Assembly: GCA_963801355.1 (NCBI GenBank)
Contig: CAWDEM010000008.1
Coordinates: forward strand, 2,432,001 to 2,496,000
Origin: Ignavibacteriota bacterium
Lineage (GTDB): Bacteria > Bacteroidota > Ignavibacteria > UBA10030 > UBA6906
Reading direction: 5' to 3'
Length of the DNA: 64,000 nt
The first letter of the stretch is position 1. Every line of letters begins with the position of its first letter. A program made the translations under genes and the position numbers. Below are positions 59,300 to 64,000 of this stretch, one piece after another. The notes under the pieces were generated by a model. The model worked only from the letters and a program-made list of their open reading frames with translations, ran no database searches and was not told where the DNA came from.

Positions 59300-59992
59300 T
59301 CAGGTGCTCTTGCGACCTTCCGGGGAATCTTCGGTGTGTATATCAATAATATGCAGATCCGCAGCGTAGGATTTGGAGTTCACCCGGGTGAGTGACTGTG
59401 CCTTGCGGATGAGGCTCTCGATGCGCAGAAGCTCCGATCCCATGGCCGCAAGGTCACGAACGAGTTCGGGCAGGTTTTCCCGGTTGGCCAGCAGAAGGCT
59501 GTGCTCCTGGAGCAGCTTGGCCGCCGCAAGCGGATTGCCGATTTCATGGGCGACCGCCCCGGCCATCTCCAGCACAGTCGTTTTGCGGATCTGTTCCGCG
59601 AGCTCACGTTCGAGTGCGCGGGTGCGGAAGCCCACCCCGATGCGAGCGACCAACTCCGCATTGTCAAAGGGCTTCGTCAGGTAGTCGTCAGCCCCTTCGC
59701 GAATACCGCGAACGATGTCCGCCCGGCCGCTCCGCGCGGTCACCATGATAGTGTACCGGTTCTTGTGCTCCGGCGACGATCGCATCCGCCGCAGCAGGCT
59801 GATGCCATCCGAGCCGGGGAGGTTCCAGTCCAGAATCAGGACCTCAGGTCCTTGCGCTACCATCACATCCCAGGCTTTCGTGCAGTTTGTGGCGGTGAAG
59901 ACCGCGTGTCCTTCCGCCCTGAGGAGTGCAACGACACCGGTGAGAAAATCCGGATCGTCATCGACGACAAGAATCGATTGCTGCTCTTCCAT
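59300..59992 (-). CDS. Response regulator receiver fused to a HisKA-like segment, no ATPase domain
   Basis: VVDDD, ILDWNLP, DYLTKPF, then AHEIGNPL H-box; the protein ends about 60 aa later. Confidence 0.85.
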   Translation of the reverse strand: MEEQQSILVVDDDPDFLTGVVALLRAEGHAVFTATNCTKAWDVMVAQGPEVLILDWNLPGSDGISLLRRMRSSPEHKNRYTIMVTARSGRADIVRGIREGADDYLTKPFDNAELVARIGVGFRTRALERELAEQIRKTTVLEMAGAVAHEIGNPLAAAKLLQEHSLLLANRENLPELVRDLAAMGSELLRIESLIRKAQSLTRVNSKSYAADLHIIDIHTEDSPEGRKST

Positions 59993-60004
59993 CTCATTCT
60001 TTCG

Positions 60005-61039
60005 TTACAGAGAGACGTACCTTTTCCGGATGACAGGGATCAGATATTCCTCAAACGCGCGATGTTCGTCATAGGCAGGCATGAATCCCCAATCCCTCCG
60101 TGCGGCGGAATCATCAACATCCTCCGGCCACGTGTCGACAATTGCCTGACGCTTGTCATCCGGCGAAAAGCGGATCTCGGCATCAGGAAATGCACGGAGC
60201 ACGATTGCCCGTATCTCTCCCGCTGACGGACTGAAGCTACCGATGTTGTACACACTGCGGGAGAGGTCTTTCAAGGGGGCCGAGTGCAGTGCCAGCAGGG
60301 CCGTAATGGCATCGGGCATGGCCATAAATGGAATGCGCACATCCTGCCGGACAAAGCACGCGTAGCTCTTCCCCTGCGCCGCGGCGTGAAGCATCTCGGG
60401 CGCGTAATCACTGGTCCCCCCGCTCGGGATGGTGACCGCCGAGATCAGGCCGGGAAACCTGATCGCGCGGAAATCCACACCCGCTTTCTCCGCATCGGCA
60501 GCCAGCTGACGGTAATGCCTTGTGTAGTACCGGCCGAGGTGCTCGCAGTACAACTTGTTGCAGCCGTACATCGTGATCGGCTGATTCCACTCATGCTCTT
60601 TGACTTTCCCGGCTTTCCGCTTGATCTCAAGAGAAGGAACCCCGTAAACGGCAATAGAGCTCGGGAACATGAACTGGACCGGCGCGCCCTGCCAGCGGGA
60701 TTGCTCAATCGCAAGCTTGAGCAGATACATCGTCCCTTCGACGTTCACCCGGTGGGCGGCTTCGGGCATGAACTCAGCACGGGTGGACAGCAATGCTGCC
60801 AGATGATAGATGGTATGGATTTCGTATTCACTCGCCAGACGCTCCATCAGCCGCACATCAAGGATGTCTCCCACCAGTGTCGCACCGCACTTTGCCTTGA
60901 TCCCGTCATCGACGGGCCGCACGTCGATGGCGATGATGTTCTGATTTCCCTGACTTGCCAGACGTTCAATCAGCCCGTGACCCATTTCGCCGTTTGCACC
61001 GGTAATGAGTGTCGCAGGGGTGCGGATGTGGTCGGTCAT
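60005..61039 (-). CDS. NAD-dependent epimerase/dehydratase-family SDR, likely L-threonine 3-dehydrogenase
   Basis: TGANGEMG, YHLAALLS, PSSIA, YGCNK, GGTSDYA and RQAIVDTWP motifs. Confidence 0.85.
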   Translation of the reverse strand: MTDHIRTPATLITGANGEMGHGLIERLASQGNQNIIAIDVRPVDDGIKAKCGATLVGDILDVRLMERLASEYEIHTIYHLAALLSTRAEFMPEAAHRVNVEGTMYLLKLAIEQSRWQGAPVQFMFPSSIAVYGVPSLEIKRKAGKVKEHEWNQPITMYGCNKLYCEHLGRYYTRHYRQLAADAEKAGVDFRAIRFPGLISAVTIPSGGTSDYAPEMLHAAAQGKSYACFVRQDVRIPFMAMPDAITALLALHSAPLKDLSRSVYNIGSFSPSAGEIRAIVLRAFPDAEIRFSPDDKRQAIVDTWPEDVDDSAARRDWGFMPAYDEHRAFEEYLIPVIRKRYVSL

Positions 61040-61094
61040 GGAACGTGTTCCTTATGGGCGTGACGGTCACACAAAACGCGGGGTGGGAAGGGTT

Positions 61095-61529
61095 CTACCT
61101 TCCCCCTCGCAGTTGCTGGTTCAGGCGGGAGCGTGTTCCTCCGGGAGGAAGCTTGCCGCGCTTTTCGGGAGGCGTGATAAGATAGGTTAGCCACTCTTTC
61201 ATCTCTTCGACCGGACGGGCCTTGCGCAGGAAACCTTCGTAGCGGGGATCCTGCACTGCATCCAGCGTATGTTGATCGTCGAATGCCGATACGAAGAGAA
61301 ATGGCAGTGTCGCGTACTCCGGCAGCGCCCGCACTGCCCGATGAAAACGGATCCCATCCATGAGGGGCATGTAGATATCAGAAATGACGAAGTCAATATG
61401 AGACTCTTTCAGCTTCTTGAGCCCATCTTCGCCGTTTTCCGCCAGGACAACGTCGTGCTTGAGATCCTTCAAGACACTCCTGAGCACAAGCCTGTATGCC
61501 GGCTCATCATCAACGACAAGGATTGTCAT
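61095..61529 (-). CDS. Single-domain response regulator
   Basis: LVVDDE, ISDIYMPLMDG and FVSA motifs. Confidence 0.9.
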   Translation of the reverse strand: MTILVVDDEPAYRLVLRSVLKDLKHDVVLAENGEDGLKKLKESHIDFVISDIYMPLMDGIRFHRAVRALPEYATLPFLFVSAFDDQHTLDAVQDPRYEGFLRKARPVEEMKEWLTYLITPPEKRGKLPPGGTRSRLNQQLRGGR

Positions 61530-61559
61530 AGGAGAACCTCCACTGGTCGAAGAAGGACG

Positions 61560-62006
61560 TTAGTGCTTCGCGGCACAGCCGGCCTCTTCAGCACCGGCAC
61601 ATTTCTTCGCACAGCCTTCCATGGCCTTCCCTTCACAGTTCTTCATGCACTCTTCCTTGGTCTTCCCCTCACAGTTCTTCATGCACTCTTCCTTGGTCTT
61701 CCCCTCACAATTCTTCATGCACTCTTCCATGGTCTTCCCCTCACAGGCTCCGCCCACGGCATGCTTCTTCGCGTGCATTGCACCGGACACCGCAGCCTTT
61801 TTCTCCAATGCCATCCCGCACTTCGTGCATTTGCCCGGTTTGTCTGATGTTACGTCCGAATGCATCGGGCACACGTACTTGTCCGTCGCCTGCGGGGCGA
61901 CCACCTGGGTCTTCTGCTGTTTCGTTGTTCCGGTGGTCTGGGCAACGGTGCTGAACACAACACAACCGGCAAGTGCAACAACGGCGAGGCCAATTCCGAC
62001 TTTCAT
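61560..62006 (-). CDS. Exported heavy-metal-binding-domain protein with Cys-rich tandem repeats
   Basis: Signal peptide; YVCPMH...PGKCTKCGMAL domain; (CEGKTxEECMKN)x3 plus degenerate units. Confidence 0.8.
   Translation of the reverse strand: MKVGIGLAVVALAGCVVFSTVAQTTGTTKQQKTQVVAPQATDKYVCPMHSDVTSDKPGKCTKCGMALEKKAAVSGAMHAKKHAVGGACEGKTMEECMKNCEGKTKEECMKNCEGKTKEECMKNCEGKAMEGCAKKCAGAEEAGCAAKH
61626..61746 (-). repeat. 36-bp tandem repeat, about 3.4 copies, in-frame
   Basis: Unit cttcccctcacagttcttcatgcactcttccttggt; no spacers between units. Confidence 0.9.
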
Positions 62007-62155
62007 GTTCTAATCCTTCGTAGGATGGGGGAATATGTTGTTGGATGTCAAGTGAGTACAATGTACGACTTCATCATCTTACACGCAACAAGCCGCAAGC
62101 AGACCATGTGCACGGGCTCCGGGAGTCCGTCGGAACTCCGTGCCCATGGTGACTA

Positions 62156-63286
62156 TCACTGCACATATTCCCGGAACACCCTGCGGGTGATGACACAGGT
62201 TATTTCATACGGAATGGTCCCGATGGTCTGCGCAATGTCCCATGCAGTGATGCGTTCCGAACCGGATTGGCCGATAAGGATCACCTCGTCGCCGACCCGC
62301 ACATGCGAATCCGTCCCGAGATCGAGCATCAGCTGATCCATGCAGATCGTCCCTACAACCGGAAACCGCACGCCGTTCACCAGGGCTGACGCTTTTCCCA
62401 TCAAAGCTCTTGGATAACCGTCAGCGTAACCCATCGGCACCGTGGCAATTTGCGTCGTACTCCGGGTGAAATAGCGCCGGCCGTAGGAGATACTCGTGTG
62501 CGGAGGGACAGTCTTGACAAATGCGACTCGGGAGACCAGCGAAAGCACCGGCATCACGGGGTACCGTTCCGGCATACCGGCGCCGGGAGGATAGCCATAG
62601 ATCATGATTCCGGGACGCACGAGGTCAAAATGGGCCTCAGGCATTGAGATGATTGCGCCGCTGTTCGCCATATGGCGCAGCGGAATGGGAATTCCCTCCT
62701 TTTGCGCCGCGTCAAGCAAGTCATGAAAACGGGAAAGCTGCTCACGAGCGAACTGCTGCTCCGGGTCCTCGGAAGCGGCAAAATGACTGTACACGCCTGC
62801 AAGTTCAAGCCAGCGCGAGCGGGCAACACGCTCCAACACCCGGAGTGCGCCGGCTGGAGGCAGACCAAGTCGCCCCATGCCTGTGTCGACCTTCACATGG
62901 ACGCGTACTTTGAGCTCTGAACGGCGGGCGGCGTCTTCTATCCCGTCTGTAGTCTCTTCCGACACCGTGGTGAGCTCGAGACGGTGCTTCAACGCTGCCG
63001 GCAAAGTGTCACTCCGTGGAACTTCGAAGACCAGGATCGCAGCCGACGGCTGGTGCAACCGTAACTCGGCCCCCTCATGAACGCGCGCTACTCCGAAATC
63101 GGTGATGCCGAACTCCTCTGCGGCGCGAGCCATCTGCGGCATGCCGTGTCCGTACCCATCGGCCTTGATGACCGCCATGATGCGGACGCGAGGCCCCACA
63201 TATGACCGGACCGCCTGGAGGTTGTGCCGGAAAGCCCCCAGGCTGACACGGGCGCCGGCGGAAGAAGATGCAGGTTCGTGGTTCAT
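62156..63286 (-). CDS. alr: Alanine racemase
   Basis: AVIKADGYGHG, KVDTGMGRLG, GYADG and ICMDQ motifs. Confidence 0.97.
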   Translation of the reverse strand: MNHEPASSSAGARVSLGAFRHNLQAVRSYVGPRVRIMAVIKADGYGHGMPQMARAAEEFGITDFGVARVHEGAELRLHQPSAAILVFEVPRSDTLPAALKHRLELTTVSEETTDGIEDAARRSELKVRVHVKVDTGMGRLGLPPAGALRVLERVARSRWLELAGVYSHFAASEDPEQQFAREQLSRFHDLLDAAQKEGIPIPLRHMANSGAIISMPEAHFDLVRPGIMIYGYPPGAGMPERYPVMPVLSLVSRVAFVKTVPPHTSISYGRRYFTRSTTQIATVPMGYADGYPRALMGKASALVNGVRFPVVGTICMDQLMLDLGTDSHVRVGDEVILIGQSGSERITAWDIAQTIGTIPYEITCVITRRVFREYVQ

Positions 63287-63392
63287 AGTATGTGTGCAAT
63301 ATCGAGAGAGATCGGATGAATTTCAAGGAATTGCAAAAGATGCCGGTCTTCGCTAAGTTGACGTCGTGACCATTCTGCCGAGGACTCTTCCC

Positions 63393-64000
63393 ATGCATCG
63401 CATTGCACTCTCACTTCTCGTGTGCCTCATGATTGCGCCGGCTGACGCACAACAACGTGCATTCACCATCCCCGACCTGTACCGGCTACGGGCAGTCGAA
63501 GACCCTCAACTCTCGCCCGATGGCAGAGAGATTGCATTCGTCGTCCGGGAAGATGACCTGATCAAAGGCACGGGCAACTCTGACATCTATATGATTCATA
63601 CGGACGGCACACATCTGCGCCGGATGACCTACGACCCGGCCGCAGACCATCATCCCCGCTGGTCTGCCGACGGTGGCTCACTGCTCTTCCTCTCCACGCG
63701 CAAGAACGGCTCCCAGGCATGGGCAATGCCAGCTGACGGAGGTGAACCCCGCCAGCTCACGGACTTCAGCCCGGGAGTGGGTGACCCGATCTGGACTCCC
63801 GATGGACAGGGCATCGTGTTCACATCAGACGTGTTTCCCGAATGCGGCGCGTCGGACAGCTGCAATGCGTCGATCAGTGATGCGATGGCGAAGGGGCCCC
63901 TCAAGGCGCATATGGCCGACGCACTCCTCTATCGCCACTGGACATCCTGGAGGGACGGCAAACGAACTCACGTTCTGCAGTGTCACCTCGCCACAAAGAG
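63393..64000 (+). CDS. S9-family peptidase N-terminal beta-propeller region, 3'-truncated (absent from the ORF track)
   Basis: ATG 63393 reads MHRIALSLLVCLMIAPADAQQRAFTIPDLYRLRAVEDPQLSPDG..., with PRWSADG and PIWTPDG repeats and LYRHWTSW. The catalytic domain lies beyond the window. Confidence 0.8.
   Translation, partial: MHRIALSLLVCLMIAPADAQQRAFTIPDLYRLRAVEDPQLSPDGREIAFVVREDDLIKGTGNSDIYMIHTDGTHLRRMTYDPAADHHPRWSADGGSLLFLSTRKNGSQAWAMPADGGEPRQLTDFSPGVGDPIWTPDGQGIVFTSDVFPECGASDSCNASISDAMAKGPLKAHMADALLYRHWTSWRDGKRTHVLQCHLATK

Noticed and set aside
61626-61746. 36-bp repeats as a possible CRISPR array
   Set aside because: The repeats are contiguous with no spacers and in-frame within a CDS; no cas genes in the window.

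Overview
A GC-rich chromosomal segment, most likely from an Ignavibacteria/Bacteroidota-type bacterium. That assignment is inferred from a T9SS C-terminal domain, DUF3078 and PUR/DUF3276 genes, and an 11-subunit nuo operon. I found no rRNA, tRNA, CRISPR array or transposase. In order, the window holds: the 3' end of an acylating aldehyde dehydrogenase with an encapsulation-peptide-like tail; ompA-like, mscL, DUF3078 and mpg; a T9SS-secreted S8 protease preceded by a small lipoprotein gene; uvrA, DUF58, a TPR lipoprotein, rsmB-like, iaaA, clpB and dnaK; birA-coaX; nuoABCDHIJKLMN; a small ORF behind a sigma54-type promoter; acyl-CoA synthetase, fumarase and queC; a pseudo-receiver protein and uppP; a methylmalonyl-CoA mutase/epimerase/Na+-pumping decarboxylase cluster; a carotenoid-photolyase operon with a CarH-like regulator; LpoB-like/COG3014 lipoproteins; trxA, a PUR protein, two response regulators and a threonine dehydrogenase-like SDR; a Cys-repeat metal-binding protein; alr; and a truncated S9 peptidase. 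The strongest novelty candidate is the small gene at 7483-7840. It encodes a stand-alone, lipoprotein-anchored copy of the propeptide of the adjacent S8 protease, suggesting a protease/cognate-inhibitor pair, and it is interrupted by a 1-nt frameshift. Other candidates are heptamer-repeat palindromes at both convergent gene junctions, a twin-hairpin intergenic element, and a possibly exported SRPBCC-like protein inside the crt operon. All calls come from manual reading of the sequence; no searches were run.
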